Below the pieces are notes generated by a model, which saw only the letters and a list, made by a program, of their open reading frames with translations, searched no databases and was not told where the DNA came from. Both the position numbers and the translations under genes were made by a program. Below are positions 11,906 to 25,185 of a stretch of DNA of 64,000 bases, in pieces. Each line of letters begins with the position of its first letter. The first letter of the stretch is position 1. Source of the DNA: Vicugna vicugna (taxonomy: Eukaryota); assembly GCA_013265495.1 (NCBI GenBank), contig MU057999.1, positions 372,001 through 436,000 on the forward strand, given 5' to 3'.

Positions 11906-12084
11906 TTATTTATTTTTTAAAAATTGTATTTATTTATTATTGTATTCTTTAATTATTTTATTTTGGCGGGGTGGGGAGGGGAGGTAATGAGGTTTATTTA
12001 TTTTCAGAGGAGGTATTGGGGATGGAACTCAGGACCTCGTGCATGCTAAGCATGTGCTCTACCACTTGAGCTATACCCTCCCCC
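11906..12084 (-). mobile_element. tRNA-Ala-derived SINE (Vic-1-like)
   Basis: Reverse-complement head at about 12010-12084; TSD AGTCCCACTCATCT / AGTCCTACTCATCT. Confidence 0.9.
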
Positions 12085-13979
12085 TAGTCCTACTCATCTC
12101 TAGAAAGTGACCTCACAACTCAGGGATAAAACGCTGGCCAGTCTAACCGCATGACCAGCAAAATCCATTGAGATTCTCTGGCAAAAAATTAGAATATTGG
12201 ATGTTGGCCTCAGAGGACTAAAGGTGGCTCAAGAGTAGAGGCAAGAATGAGAGCTCCCTCTTTCCGCAGACTTTCTTCTGCTTCCGCCCTGCCCGCCTCC
12301 CCTCCCACTGCCTCCCCCCACCAGCTCTTTCAGGATTTCACTGGAGAACAGCCCCTCCCAGGAGGCCCGTCCTGCGCAGGCTCCACGCCCTCACTGGCCC
12401 AAACCCCGCCTCAGCCGTCCCGCTGCACCCTGGGTCTACCTGGTCACTCATCACACAGCATTGCACTGGCCAGGTTGGGTGTCTGCCTCCCCCGGCGGAC
12501 AAGGAGTATCTCTAGGATAGGGCCTGGTTCAGTAAATGTTTCTAAAGCAGAGAGACTCCTCACTGGGGCTTCTCTTGCATCTTTCGTGATCACCCCAAGC
12601 ACCCTCCCACCCCACTGAGACAGAGCCCTGGCACTGCCATCCAAGAATGGCCAGGGCGATGTGAAAGGTCTGTAACGTCTATTTTCCGTGTCATGAGGAA
12701 GAGGCAGACCCAGAGCCAGCTGCCATCTCAAACCAGGACAACAGAGCCACTTGCTACTTGTCACTATGGGCCTACCTCTCTGCCAGGTAGGAAAGAACCA
12801 GGAGTCTCTTCCTCCTCTTAGAGGCTGAGAAACCAACCAAGCAAGGTAAGCCAGCTCTCAAGGTGGACAGCTGATCCAGCCCCCTGCTGCCGCACCCTCT
12901 CCTGAAGCCCAGGTGCTGGCCAATGAAAGCTTGGTTTCTGCTTTCCCATCTTTCCTGGCAACATTCACAACCCTCCTTGATGGTGAGGATTGCAAGGTCC
13001 AGGCATGCCTGGCTTCATTACTGGCTGCCCAGGTGTCATTTTAACCACAGGGTGAGTGCCTAACTGGCTTGGGCTGATAAACATGCACACTTCCATTTGC
13101 AAACAGTGCTAGGCTGCAGCTTCTCTCCCACCAGGAAAGATACTGGACAACAATCTGAGAAAGTGGGTGAGAGCGCAGGCCTTCCCAGCACTGTCCACCA
13201 CTCACAGTGACCAGGTATCTGGGGGAGACAAGCGACCTGTCCCCTCGTGCAGGAGTAAATAAACAGTATACACTGCTCTCCTTCAAGTCCCTGGAGGGTG
13301 AAAGTGGCGTAAACTGGTATAGCCCCGCCCTGGTGCTGCAGAGAAGTACTTTTTTCCTTACTTGTTTTAGTGGTGTTTTGATACCGGTGTAGTTGTGTGT
13401 ATGCATGTGACGGAGTGGTCTCTACGCCATCGCGGAAATCCTCAGCCAGTGACTTTCAACTTCCTTGGGGCCTCAACTCCCATCAGTAGCAGGGATCCCT
13501 GCTGTGGGACTGCGGTGCTTTTCCCCATGGGAGCCAATGTGCAGACCTACAGATCTGCTTGGCTCATCTTCTCACAGTTTTCAACCGAGGGCCACAGGGC
13601 CTAGGGACGGGCTGCACTTCTTCCTCCTAAACCCTCAGTGGAGCAGCGGGAAGTCACCGTGGGGGCACTGGGCCAGGGTGAGGCCTGCAGCTCATTTATC
13701 CAGCTCTTGGGTCCTGCTGGCGCCTGTTGGGAGGAGATGACACGCAAGGAGGAGAGATTCCCGCAGAGGCACTCACCAGAGGAGGGTCAAGGCTGGCTCC
13801 CTGGGTACAGGATGGGAAGGCTGGAGAGGAAGCCCTCCTTAAGATAGGATTTCTCGTTATGGCTCTGGGGAGCCATTCGCTTTTACTGATTTGATTGGCA
13901 GGAAATAACAAAAACCAAAAACAACTCTGGAGAAGGGTTGCTGAGATGGAAGCAACAAAAGGCGCTCTGGAGTCCTAAT

Positions 13980-14440
13980 CAGGGTCTGGAAGCTGGAAGC
14001 TTCCCGGGGAAGAGGATGGAGGATCCCTGGATCCAAAGGGCGGGCTGGGTGAGGCGGGGCGCACCGGGGTAGAAGTGGAGGAAGGCGGGGAGGGCAAGCC
14101 GGCGGCCGAGGCTGGAGGGCGAGGGCCCGGGTCCCGCCTCCGGCCGCCCGCGCCGCCAGGGGGCGCCCGCACCAGCTGAGGCCCGCGTCCGGTGGGCGGG
14201 GCCCGGGCTGAGGAATGCGGCCTTTGGCTCGTCCCCTGGCCGCATTCCGGCCCTGGAATGTGAACAGGGTGTTCACTGCGCGCCCTGAACGTACAAGTTC
14301 GGTCCCCTCCCGTCGGAGAACGCCTGGCAGCGGCGCCGGGAGGCCCCTTCTCTGCCGCCCCACAGAACCTGCAGCACGTCGGGCGGCTGGAGGACAGCGT
14401 TCTGAGGGCTGGCAGGCCTGCGGGGACTCAGCAGCAGCCC
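13980..14440. promoter_or_regulatory. Intergenic CpG island; candidate promoter or enhancer with CTCF, TEAD and steroid-receptor motifs
   Basis: CpG-dense and GC-rich with several GGGCGG boxes. CCGCCAGGGGGCGC at 14153-14166; GGAATG/CATTCC at 14212, 14243, 14255; GTGAACAgggTGTTCAC at 14260-14276. Confidence 0.7.
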
Positions 14441-14714
14441 CCAGGTAGCAGTGCTTTGAGACCATGTGTGGTTTAGAAAAGGAGGGAAACCCGAAGTAGT
14501 CTGCTCAGGCACTGAGAAGGCCGGACCTATAGCTGGAAAAAGAGATGGGGTCCACCCTCTCTGCCACCAGCCTCAAGCGGCAGGGTTCAGACCCTAAATT
14601 TGTCTATCTCTAAGGCATACCGTGGATGGCAAGGCCTGGAGAGCCGAAGGGAAAAGCAGATGATCCACCTTTGGGATTAGGTGCTCTTTGACCAGCCAGG
14701 GAGGGACTGAATGC

Positions 14715-15060
14715 CCAAGAGTAAGCATTTAATTCATTCAACAAATATTTATTGAACCTCTGCTCTGTGCAAGGCCCTGAGCTAAATTCTGGGGGCACAG
14801 AGGTGAAAACAAGGCATTCCCTGTCCTTTAGGAGCTGACATTCTGATCCTAGAGACAGTTGCTGAAACACCCAGAGAGAGCAAAGAAACCAAGGACGTTG
14901 GGGAACACAAAGGAATAGCTCAGATTGGAGTGGAGATCCAGGAAGGCTTCCTAGGGGAAGCTGCCAAGTGACCTGAAAGGCCAGTAGGAGTTAGCCCAAA
15001 AGATGAGGGAACAGTGTTCTACATAGAGGGAACCTGTGTTCAGAGACTGAAGGAAGAGCA
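14715..15060 (-). mobile_element. L2 3' fragment
   Basis: ATTCATTCAACAAATATTTATTGAACCTCTGCTCTGTGC is the L2 3' terminus in reverse; GGAAGGCTTCCT follows further on. Confidence 0.75.
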
Positions 15061-16672
15061 TGTGATCCAAGTGGCCCTCTGAGCCTGCCCTCCCCGAAGG
15101 TGCCTGCCAGACTGCCAGCTGAGTCACAGAAAGGATCAGGGTTCCTCCTCCCTTGACCCCATGATATTGGTTGGTTTATGGAGCCCCCCTTCTGCAGGGG
15201 GACAGTCATGGGACTGTGGGGAGTGTAAAGAGGGTCAGGACTTCACAGAATGCTTTGGAATATTGTGGAGACTGAGAGACAAAGCCCATAAAACATTGGG
15301 GATGGTGCCCAACGTCCAGTTGATGCTCAGTAGATACTAGCTGGTCTTCAGTGCTCTGCCTGATTCACTGACTCCTCTTTCCCTTCAGGGTAGCTGTTTC
15401 TGCTTCTGAGAAGGGCAGCTGTCCAGCTCTGCATCCCTAGGGAGGTGCTTGGCTGAGGATGGACACTGGTCATGGGGGAACTTCCTGTTTTGTTGTCCCT
15501 CCCTGGCTGAGGAGGGGAGCAGGCAGGAGATGAAACTGGTGTGGTTGGCCATCATAACGGTCCTGGAATACATCTGGGGCACTGGGTGCTGCGGGTGCAG
15601 AGGACTGGGAGCGGAGAAGGGCCTTACCGGGAGTTGCACTGTGGGAAGATGGCCCGTGGGTGACGATAGGAAGGTCAGGGCCAGGAAGGCCGGACATGGG
15701 CAATGGTCCAGAAAGAGAGTGATCAGAGCCTAACTCAGTACTGGGAGGTAGACACTGAGGACGTCGATGAGACCACACTCTACAGCTGACTGGCTGTAGG
15801 GTGGGGCCAAGGCCCCCAATCTGCTATTAGATCTCACCTGGTATGGGTCAGTATGGATCTGAGGACAGGAAACCACTTGGGATCCTAGCCAGTGCATCCT
15901 GAATGTCCCTGAGTGATGAAACAAGAATGTTTGCATCTAGAAATTCCTTGCCCAGCCTCCCTCCCAGGAATGCACCAGGACCTAAATTCTTCTGTGCAGA
16001 GGAAAGGTGCAAGCCTTGGAATGGCCTCTCCAGTATTGTTCCTTGGCGAACACAGGAAGATGGGTTTCCTTTAGCTCTGCGGTGCTGACATCTGAATCCG
16101 GACTCCTCCCCCAGCCTTTGGAGGCCAAGGATCAGGCAGGCAGTCGATGGAAAATAAACACCCACCTCTGCTCTTCTGACTTATTTCATGTTCTTAGAAT
16201 TTCCTCTCTTGGACTCTGTCTTTGTTATTTTAAAACTCCACGGGTTGATTAGGGTTGGGAAAATCCCTTGCTGCCCAGAAGAAGCAGCCCCACCAGCAGG
16301 CCTATGGGCCGATGTCCGAGTGAGCGCAGTGAGCGCCTGAGTCAGCCTGTGTGAGGGAGGCTCTTGGGGCTGGGCGGGAGCCTGTGCTTGCTGGTCCCGC
16401 AGCGGGGACGTGGTAGTGTTTGGGTTCCAGCTGTCCGGGCCAGGGCCAGGCCAGAGTGGTGGTGGCTGTGTTGGGAAATGGTGGGGACCTCCAAAGGGGT
16501 CTCCAGGTGGGCCTAGGTGGTACACACACTGAGAGGACACCCCTGGCCCACCAGAGAGCGGTCCCATGCCACATGTCCTGGGCTGCCTTCTCTCCTGGGC
16601 TCTATGTGGGGGACACGTGGGTCGTGTGCTTCCCTGTCCAGCGTGACTTCTGCCTCTTGCTCTTGTCTCTTT

Positions 16673-16884
16673 TTAAATTTATTTTTATTTTTTAAGACAT
16701 ATTTTTATTGAAGTATAGTCAGTTTACAACGCTGTGTCAGTTTCTGGTGCACAGCAGAATACTTCAGTCATACATGAACATACATATATTCATTCTCATA
16801 TTCTTCACCATAGGTTACTACAAGATATTGAATATGGTTCCCTGTGCTATACAGTAAAAACTTCTTGTTTATCTATTTTACATA
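16673..16884 (-). mobile_element. Short L1 3'-terminal fragment
   Basis: ATTGAAGTATAGTCAGTTTACAA L1 terminus behind a T-rich tail; TSD TCTTGCTCTTGTCTCTT / TCTTGCCCTTGTCTCTT. Confidence 0.88.
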
Positions 16885-18759
16885 TCTTGCCCTTGTCTCT
16901 TGATACCCGCCCCACAAGAACGATCATCGTAGCATTTCCATTCATCACCAATTCATTGATTCACTCATTCATTCATTCTTTCAAGAACTATTTACTGAGC
17001 TCTACCAGGTATCTGGCACAGTGCTGGGTACCAGAAATACAGAGACACATCAACTAGAAAAGTTGAAAATAGTCTTAGGGTAAAATGCCATAATCAAGAT
17101 GAATAATATATTAATGAAACATTTTAAAAAATAAAAATTAATCCATGGTGAGCAAGATAATAGAATTTTAAATAAAGATAGACTTAGGGACAGTTCTGTG
17201 CTGGGGTGCATGGGAATTTGAGGGAAAGGAAAAATCACTGATACTGATCCTGGGTTCAGCATTAAATACAGCATTGGCATTAAATACAGCATTAAATACA
17301 GAATGTCATATAAGTATAAATGCATGTCATGAAAGTTTGCTTATTGACGTAGAAATAAACTCATGGTGTGCTGTCAAGTGAAAAATAGATTACAGAACTG
17401 TATATAAAGTATGGTTCTATTAAAAATATATCTAGGTCCTGGGAGCTATAAGAGCGTATGCCGAGCTGTTAATAGTGTTCCCTCTTATTGTCTCTTTTTT
17501 ATTGCTTTCTCTTTGTTTGTCTGTGTCTTCTGGTTACTTTAACAGTGAATATGCAATACTTATATAATTTTCTGAAAGGTATTTCAAAAAAGACAAGAGA
17601 ATTGTAGTAGAGCACGCTGGACTGTATGGTGTAGCTAATCGTGGGCTTTCTGACCTTGGAGAGACAGAAGGACTCCCCAGATCAACCCCCTTCCCAGTGC
17701 AGACGAGGGGGGTCAGGGCCAGGATTACCAGTCCCACTTTACAGATGGGGAAGCTGAGGCTCAGTGAGGTCGAGGGACTCAGAGACCCATCGAGGCATGG
17801 TGGGCCCGGCCTTTGCAGGCAGCTCTGCCCTACTGGGATCCACACCACAATGGCCTGGCAGGCTGGGTCTCTTGCTTCCCAACTTCTTCCAAACAAAACC
17901 TCTAAGCCTCGCTTCTTGGCCAGTTGCTTCCCGTTGACCTTCCTCTTCCTTCTTCAACTGAGAGCATAAATGTAGGAAGAAAAGCTGCGAGAAATACCTG
18001 GGTAGCGTGGCTGGCCCCTCTCTGGGCTTGTGAGGGACCGGGTGAGGGAGTGAGAAAGTATTTCCAAACGTTACGCTTTCCTCTCTGGCCCAGACACGCC
18101 CCGCAGATTGGCATGAATCATAAGTAATTCTCTAAAGCCCCATCTGCCTGGAAATGCCTAGTGGTATTTCCCAGAGTCCAGAAGCCACCAGCCCTTCGTG
18201 CTGGCAGCCTTGACTACTCCCCACCCAGCCACAAAGCTGCGGCCCATCCCCTGGGGGGGGGGCACTGAGGGAAGAGGGGTCTGAGGCACTTCTGGGGCCT
18301 GTGGCCGCTCTGGGATTATGTTCACACAAGCCTCAAAGCGGAGACCTTCCTGAGTTAGCAGGCCGCCTGTCTTAATCACGGTGCCAGTGGGGCCAGAATA
18401 GAGGCTCTTTCTCTGCCAAGGAGCGGGTTCCAGGCTCCAGCCTGCTCTTGGCAGTGTGTGGTCTCTGCTTGCTTACTGAATGCCGAGGGCAAGGGCACCC
18501 TTGCTTCTCAGGGTGTGGTAGATTGCATTTTCTGAAGACAGCTGCGACAGTATTCCCCTCGCAACTAGCTATGCCTGTGTCACTAAGTGTGGCAATGACA
18601 TGGAAGTGGAATTATTGTGTAGAAGTTTCTGGAAAGTTTTTTTCAAAGAGAAGTGGGGTGCCTGTCCTGTCCCTTTCTCCATGCTGCTGCCTGTAATACA
18701 GACTGGATGGCTGGAGCTCTCGTAGCCTTGTTGGGCCATAAAGATTTGGGATGGGGGAA

Positions 18760-19500
18760 AGCTTTAACAAATAGGGGAAACCCAGAAGCTATGAAAGAAA
18801 AGATGAACATTTTTGACTAGGTTGCAATTTTAAACTCTGTGTGGCAAAAGATAACACAGAGATAACAGATAAACAGATTTGAAGACTGTGTTTATAAACC
18901 AGGACAAAGGGAGCAAAGAGCTTTTACAAACTGATGAGAAAAAGATGAATATTGACAATTTATTCAAGAGCAACTCTAAAGAATCAGAAAATATGAAAAA
19001 TCACTAGTAGTTAGCAAAGTAGTTAAATCAGCCTGAAAAAAACCGAAAAGGATTGGTAATCTTTACTACTAGCGAACTTGCAGAAAAGGGGGTATTCACC
19101 TACATTGTTAGTGCAAATGTTCATTTTTATAGCCTTTCTAAAAAATCAATCTGGAAGCATCAATTAAAATTATTATATAAAATTAATAACTTGATATATT
19201 GTAATGTGTATAAAATATATGTATATAAATATACTTTGACTGCCAACCTATCCTTTATCATCTATTCTGAAATATCTGTACAAGATAAGGATAATTATTA
19301 CAGCATCAATCATAGTGTCCAAAAATAGGAATCCAAGATTATAGTTTAAATAAGTTATGGTGCGTTCATAATAGGAATGTTGTGCAGCCATTTAAAAGAA
19401 TGAAATAGAGATATACCATGAGAAATTTCCACTAGATGTTGAAGAATAAGAAAAGCAAGATGAACAAAAGCATTTACAATATTTAGGGAAAACAATGATT
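18760..19500 (+). mobile_element. Ancient L1M fragment
   Basis: A-rich and degenerate, L1 ORF2-end-like (GCAGCCATTTAAAAGAATGAAATAG). Confidence 0.6.
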
Positions 19501-20016
19501 TAAAAACCTGGGGGGGGGTGTGCACGCACACGCACATGTGTGTATCGTGTATGTTTTGTTAGTTTGGGTCCTCCAAGAATAAGTCACCAAAGTGGGGTTA
19601 GATTTCAAGTTTATTGGGAAAAACTGTGAGTGAAAAATAGAGAGTTTGCTGGAGGGGACTGGGAGAGTGCAGTCCTAAGACAGTTTCAGCAACTCGATGG
19701 GGTGTCCTTGAATCAAAGTCCCAGGTTCCTGGAATTCTATGTCCGGGAACAGGCCTGACTTAGTGTCCGTGCCCTGCTGGCTTGGTGACAGGGGAAGCCT
19801 GGCCTCATGAAACACTACAGTCAGAGGTCCGAGAGGTGCTGCCATGTGGACGTGTGTGTGTCTGCCTACGGGTAGATGTGTACGTATGTACGCACAGGGA
19901 TAGGTGTGTGTATGCAGTTGTGCATACATTTTTTAGATGCATGTGTGTCTGGGCGTAGAGACAAGTATGGTCAGTAGGCACTAGGTGGTTTCATGGGTTA
20001 TAGGAAGGAGTCCTGC

Positions 20017-20062
20017 AAAGAAAAAGAAAAAGAAAAAGAAAAAGAAAAAGAAAAAGAAAAAA
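20017..20062. repeat. (GAAAAA)n hexanucleotide microsatellite
   Basis: About 7 perfect units. Confidence 0.95.
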
Positions 20063-20763
20063 TATTGCACTAAAACCCATAGAATTCCAGACTGGTATAT
20101 TCAACTGTTTATACAGTATCTGAAGACACAACTCAATTTTGACACGTTTTAAAAAATGGGTTTCTGAGAACCTTCTTTGTGGCAGGTATTCTGAAATCTC
20201 CCCACCACTTGTCTTGCTGTGGGTCTTTCCGCATTTACTGTACCATGCACTTGACAGGCACTTAATTCATGTCCTTCTGTGCAGGGAAATTTTCCTGTGG
20301 TATTTTTACATATCCTTTCCTTCTCTCTGCTTCCTCTGAACCTCCTTTCCTCACTGGGCCTCTGATTAAGCCTCCAAAATTTCTCCTCTTTTCTCTCCGG
20401 GCCTATCTCTTTGTATTCTTCTCTCTGGATGATTTTTCTCATAGCCAAATCTTTCTATTTTCATTTTAGAATCACCATTTTAATTTCTGAGAGGTTAATT
20501 TTTTTCTCTCTGTCTTTAAAAAAATGCTGATCTAATTTAACCCAAGTTGTTTTCTCATCTCTCTGAAGATATTATTGTTTTCTTGATGTTTTCTTCTGCT
20601 CGGTGTGTTATCTGTTGTCTGCTTTATTCTGTTTCTTTGTTGTGATTTCTGTCTTTTGTGTCAGGGGTTTTCTTCAGTGACTGGTGATTCTTGCATGTTC
20701 TTTTGTATTTCAGGAGAGGTGCTCAAAAAAATCTAACTGGAAACTCTGCGTGCTTAGCTAGAG

Positions 20764-20872
20764 CTTTGCTTCGCCGGAGGGTGTCGGGGGGACCAAGATG
20801 TCAACTTCTTTGGGTCCTTTGCTTCGCCGGAGGGTGTTGGGGGACCCAGATGTCAACTTCTTTGGGTCCTTT
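20764..20872. repeat. Tandem duplication, 2 x ~53 bp
   Basis: CTTTGCTTCGCCGGAGGGTGT...GATGTCAACTTCTTTGGGTC starts at 20764 and again at 20817; CTTT is shared at the junctions. Confidence 0.93.
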
Positions 20873-22182
20873 CTTGGAGGCCATTCTACCGAGAATGATA
20901 TAATCTGCTCCAGGTGGGGCAGGCGGGGTCACGGTGTGGCTGGCTGGCGGTGGTTGGGGGTATAGGAGAAAGGGGCTGGTGTACACATCCTTCACATTAG
21001 ACTCTCACCCAATCCCCTGTTTTCAGTGCTGAGTTCCCCCTTGCCCTGTGCCGTGCCTGGTTCCCTTGGACCTGGAGTCCCAGGGTTTAACTTTACAGTC
21101 TCCTCCAGGTGGGAGGTAAGCTAGCCTGCTGCCCAGCGGGGAGGGAGCCAGGGTCTCACTGCTGTCTTCAGCCCGTGAGCTTGTGCCCTGCTTTCCGCTC
21201 TAGCCCCTCCTGCAGTGCCCAGGTCCTGGTTCCTGAGCCGCCTGCACCAGGAATGTGTGGGCTTCTCGAGAGCAGGCTCCTCCAGGCTGGCACTTGGCTT
21301 TCAGCTTGTCCATCTGCCACTTACTCTTCCTCTTTTATAAATGCACTCACATCTTTCACTTACTAGTTTCTCCCTCCTACCCCTTGCCATCTTCTCATCC
21401 CATTTATACATATATATATAGTTCTGCCTTTTGCTTTTTTCACACATTACTAGGTCATGGGCATTATTCCATACCTGCACATTCAGATCTGTCCATCCCC
21501 TGGATGTATTTAACTATCCCCTTATTACGTCCACATGTGGCTTGTTCTGGATTTTCACCCTTGGAAACAGGGTTGCTGGGAGCTTCCCGTGTGTCCTCAG
21601 TGGTGCACCTGGCCCTCCACCCTGAGCCTTCGTGTGTGGGACCCTGCTGCTCACAGCTGGATCGGACGCCCTCACACCACGTCCCTGCTGGGAGATGTGC
21701 TCAGGAGAATCGGAGGGCGGCTCTTGCCTTTCCGGGAGAGGATAGGTATGCAGGAGGGTGCGGGTAAGGGACTTGGCTTCCCTGACAGTCGGCCCATCGG
21801 AGGGCCCGACACTGAGTCACTCCCATTATCTCCACTTTTCTAGGGAGGAGGCCTTGCCACCTGCCCAGGGCAGCACCATGAGTCAGAGATGAGGCTCCCG
21901 TCCCACCTGCCCCCTCCCTTGAGCCCTAGTTCCCAGGTCCGAGTTCCCAGGCCGGCTGCCACAGAGATGCCAGTAAGAGGGCGGTCCAGCTTTCAGATGA
22001 CCCGGCAGCCCAGGCTGCGGAGGTCTTCATGGTATTTATTTATTTTTTGAATAAGTAAGACAGCCATGGACTCTTTACATTCTTGGATTCTAACACAGTG
22101 TAATTGTCCCTTATGTTCCTGTCACACAGCCAGGCCGCTTCTTTCATTAGAGGCAACTGGTTCTCTAGTTTCTTGTGCATTC

Positions 22183-22311
22183 TTTTTTTGGGGTGGGGGG
22201 GGGGGAGGAGGTAATTAAATTTATTTATTTATTTAATGGAGGTACTGGGGATTGAACCCAGGACCTTGTGCATGCTAGGCACGCACTCTACCACTGAGCT
22301 ACACCCTCCCC
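22183..22311 (-). mobile_element. tRNA-Ala-derived SINE (Vic-1-like)
   Basis: Head close to tRNA-Ala(AGC); TSD TCTTGTGCATTCTT / TCCTGTGCATTCTT. Confidence 0.92.
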
Positions 22312-22954
22312 TCTCCTGTGCATTCTTAAAGAGATATTTTAACAGAAAAAGAAAAGTGAAAAAAGGCCCACATTTCCTTATCTGGAACCTCGGGGCAGGT
22401 GAGTTTGGGAATTCGGAATTCAAGCAGTGTATAAAGATAGTGTGTGTATGTGTCACAGCCCCAGGGAGTCTGTGATGAAACACGTTAATATTTCTGCACC
22501 ACATGGGATACATTGAGCTGTAATCAGCCTTAAGTCAGTTCAGCTCAGTTCAGCTCAGTTCAGGTTTTGCTACCAAATATGTTTGCGCCAAATTTGTTTA
22601 AAGAAAAAGCCAACTTCTGTTTTTTGGGTTTTTTTTAAGAGAGTTTTGAATTTCATAATTGTGGGTAAGGGAATGTGGACTTGTGTTTACACTACTTATT
22701 TAAAAACTTCTGATAATACTCTGTACACACTGGATCAGTGTTAAGGAGCTTCTCTGTTATTAATTTGTTTTGTATCTGCATAGTATTCTATTACACACAT
22801 ACACCATAGTTAATTTAGCCTTTTTTGGACTTTTGGATGTAGTTTTCTCCCCAGCTGCTTCAGGGCTGCAGTGAATAACATCGTACACTCATTTAGCACA
22901 GGCACAGGCATATCTGTAGGATAAATTCCTAGCAGTGGACTTGCTGGGTCAATG

Positions 22955-23165
22955 AATAATAATAATAGTTAACATTTGCATGGCTTTTACTAAGAGCTGG
23001 ACACTGTGGTATGTACTTTACAAGAACTAATATATTTTAATCCTCACAAGCATCTCCAGAGGTAGGTACTATTATCATCCCATTTTATAGATGAGAAAAA
23101 CTGAGGCAGAGAGAAGTAGGTGACTTGGACAGCTGGGATTCAGACCAAGGTGCTGGGGCTCCAGT
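22955..23165 (-). mobile_element. MIR SINE
   Basis: MIR core AGGTAGGTACTATTATCATCCCATTTTATAGATGAGAAAAACTGAGGC. Confidence 0.8.
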
Positions 23166-23176
23166 TCATTCTTCTC

Positions 23177-23325
23177 TTTTTAAATTTTTATTTATTTTTT
23201 AATTAATTTTGGGGGCTCAGGTAATTAGATTCATTCATCTATTTATTTAATGGAGGTACTGGAGCTGGAACCCAGGACCTCATGCATATGAGGCGTGCAC
23301 TCTATCACTGAGCTATACCCGCCCC
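23177..23325 (-). mobile_element. tRNA-Ala-derived SINE (Vic-1-like) inserted at the end of a MIR
   Basis: Reverse head; TSD CTCCAGTTCATTCT / CTCCGGTTCATTCT. Confidence 0.9.
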
Positions 23326-25185
23326 ACTCCGGTTCATTCTCTGAACCATTACGTTTTACTGCCTTTCAAAGGTCGTGGGAATTTGTCACTTAGAGGAATG
23401 TGGCCAAGTTGTCTCCCCTACAGTTTTACCAATTCACATTCCCACCAGCAGCGTGTGGGTACACTTGTTTTCACACCAGCGCTGTGCTGAATCAAACCTT
23501 CTGCTCTGTGCCAATCCGATAGGTGAAAATGGTTATCTCTGTGCCATCCTAACTTGAATTTCTTTTACATGGTGAGTCAGGTTGAGCATCTCTTCATCTA
23601 AGGGCCCTGTGTACTTCCTTTTCCATGAACCATCCACTCGTATCTTTTGCTCATTTTTCTGCTTGGTTACATCTGTGACTTTGATGAGCTTTTTATATCT
23701 TGGGAGGATGAATCCCTGGTGATTCAAGTTATACAGATGGTTTCACAGGTAGTCATTCTTTTGATTGTTCTTGTGGTGAGTTTGGGGCAGAGTATCCTGC
23801 AACGATAAGTGAAGGGCAAAGGCTTGTTGAGAAGGGGAGGGAAGGGAAAGACAGAACAGATCCCTGGAGAGAGGTGGTCTCTGCCTAGTGAGGCAGGAGG
23901 GAAGGAAGGGGATGGTGAGAGTGCAGGGACCCCTTGTAGAGACAGGGGCACAGGGTTCAAACCCTCCAAATGTGACCCACTCAGACCGGAGGCTGATGGG
24001 GAGGGGTTCCACTGCAGACACAAAGGTTTCTCTCTAAGAAAGGACTGCCGGGCTACAAGGCTGTGGTTAGCAGGCAGCCTACAGCTATTGGCTCCTGCTG
24101 GGTCCACCCAGCTTTCAGACCAAGTTTAAGCTCTTCCTGGGGTGGTCCAAGGGCCTGGGCATTTCCACGCTTCCACCCAACACAGGCTCCTCTAACCGTC
24201 CCTGGCAGGCTGGTGGAGACTGTCAGGTCTGCATCGCAGTCTGGAGGCTCCATCTTGTTTTCTCCCTCTTCTTTCACAGGTGTTAGTTCCTCTACCCAGC
24301 TCCCCCATAAGTCATCTTGCATTCCTAAAGCCACCTCCATGTTGGCTTCCTGGAAAACCCAAGCAGCCCAAACTCTTAAAATCTTTTGGTAAAAATTGCA
24401 TAAAAATGTTAGCATTAAAGAGCCAGGCCTCAGTTTAAAAACATTCACTGAGCTATATTTCATATTTGAGCCCAAAGATCTGCTTATTTGTTTTCTATTT
24501 CATGGTGACTATAAATGTCCCTTGACTTGGACATAAAGTGAAAATGTTGTCCTGTCGGGGAAGACAGTGGAGGGTAGCCCTGCCAATACCTAGGGGGATT
24601 CTGATCGCAGCTCAGAGGCTGGAGGAGCAGTGTGGAGTGGCTGGTCTGGGGGTGACCTCTGGACGGGTCTCTTGTGTAAGGATTGTGGGAGCACCTCCAA
24701 AACTGGCCCCAGGCCTGAGACCACACCACGCAGGACGTGGGGCTCAGAACCATCTTCGCTGGCAGCCTTCAGTGGATCTGGCTGGTCCCCCACCCACTGT
24801 GTATTGCCAGAGTGACCCCATCACACCACTTCTCAGTCTTAAGCTTTGGCTGGTAAAACCTGGAGTCCATCCCCCTCACCTGCAATTCAAGGCCCTTCAA
24901 ACACTGGGCCTGGTCCTCCTCTGCAGTCTCTTTTTAACCAACCCCACCTTTTATTCTCTTCTTTCCACACTCATGGGACCACTGGCCATTCTGAGAGCCC
25001 AGTGGGCACTGCGTCCCAGTTTGTCTATCTGCCTAAAACACCTTTCTGTCTCTCTTCACTTGTTAAGGCTTAGCTGATATATCAGCTCCTCAGATGTGCT
25101 TTATGAGGAGAGAGAGGTAGAGAGGAGATAGAGAAGTGTAGGTTCACTTTGCCGTGCTCAAGTTTCCTTAAGAGACGGCAGTAGA

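Noticed and set aside
13857..14465. 202-aa Arg/Pro/Ala-rich ORF over the CpG island
   Set aside because: Stop-codon depletion is expected in a CpG island, and it resembles no protein I recognise, including a first exon of RYK, which I recall as the next gene on this side in human.
17218..17260. Short spaced direct repeats of CATTAAATACAG
   Set aside because: Three 12-nt units with little or no spacer in old repeat-like sequence; local slippage, not a CRISPR-like array.
22236..22311. Apparent tRNA-Ala(AGC) genes here and at the other eight tRNA-like heads
   Set aside because: Each has the same 5' G-rich extension, a shared AT-rich/C-run tail and a target-site duplication, so they are SINE copies rather than tRNA genes.
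22535..22563. (TCAGTTCAGC)x3 resembling a ruminant Bov-A/ART2A tail
   Set aside because: No adjoining Bov-A or BovB body; a simple 10-mer slippage repeat.
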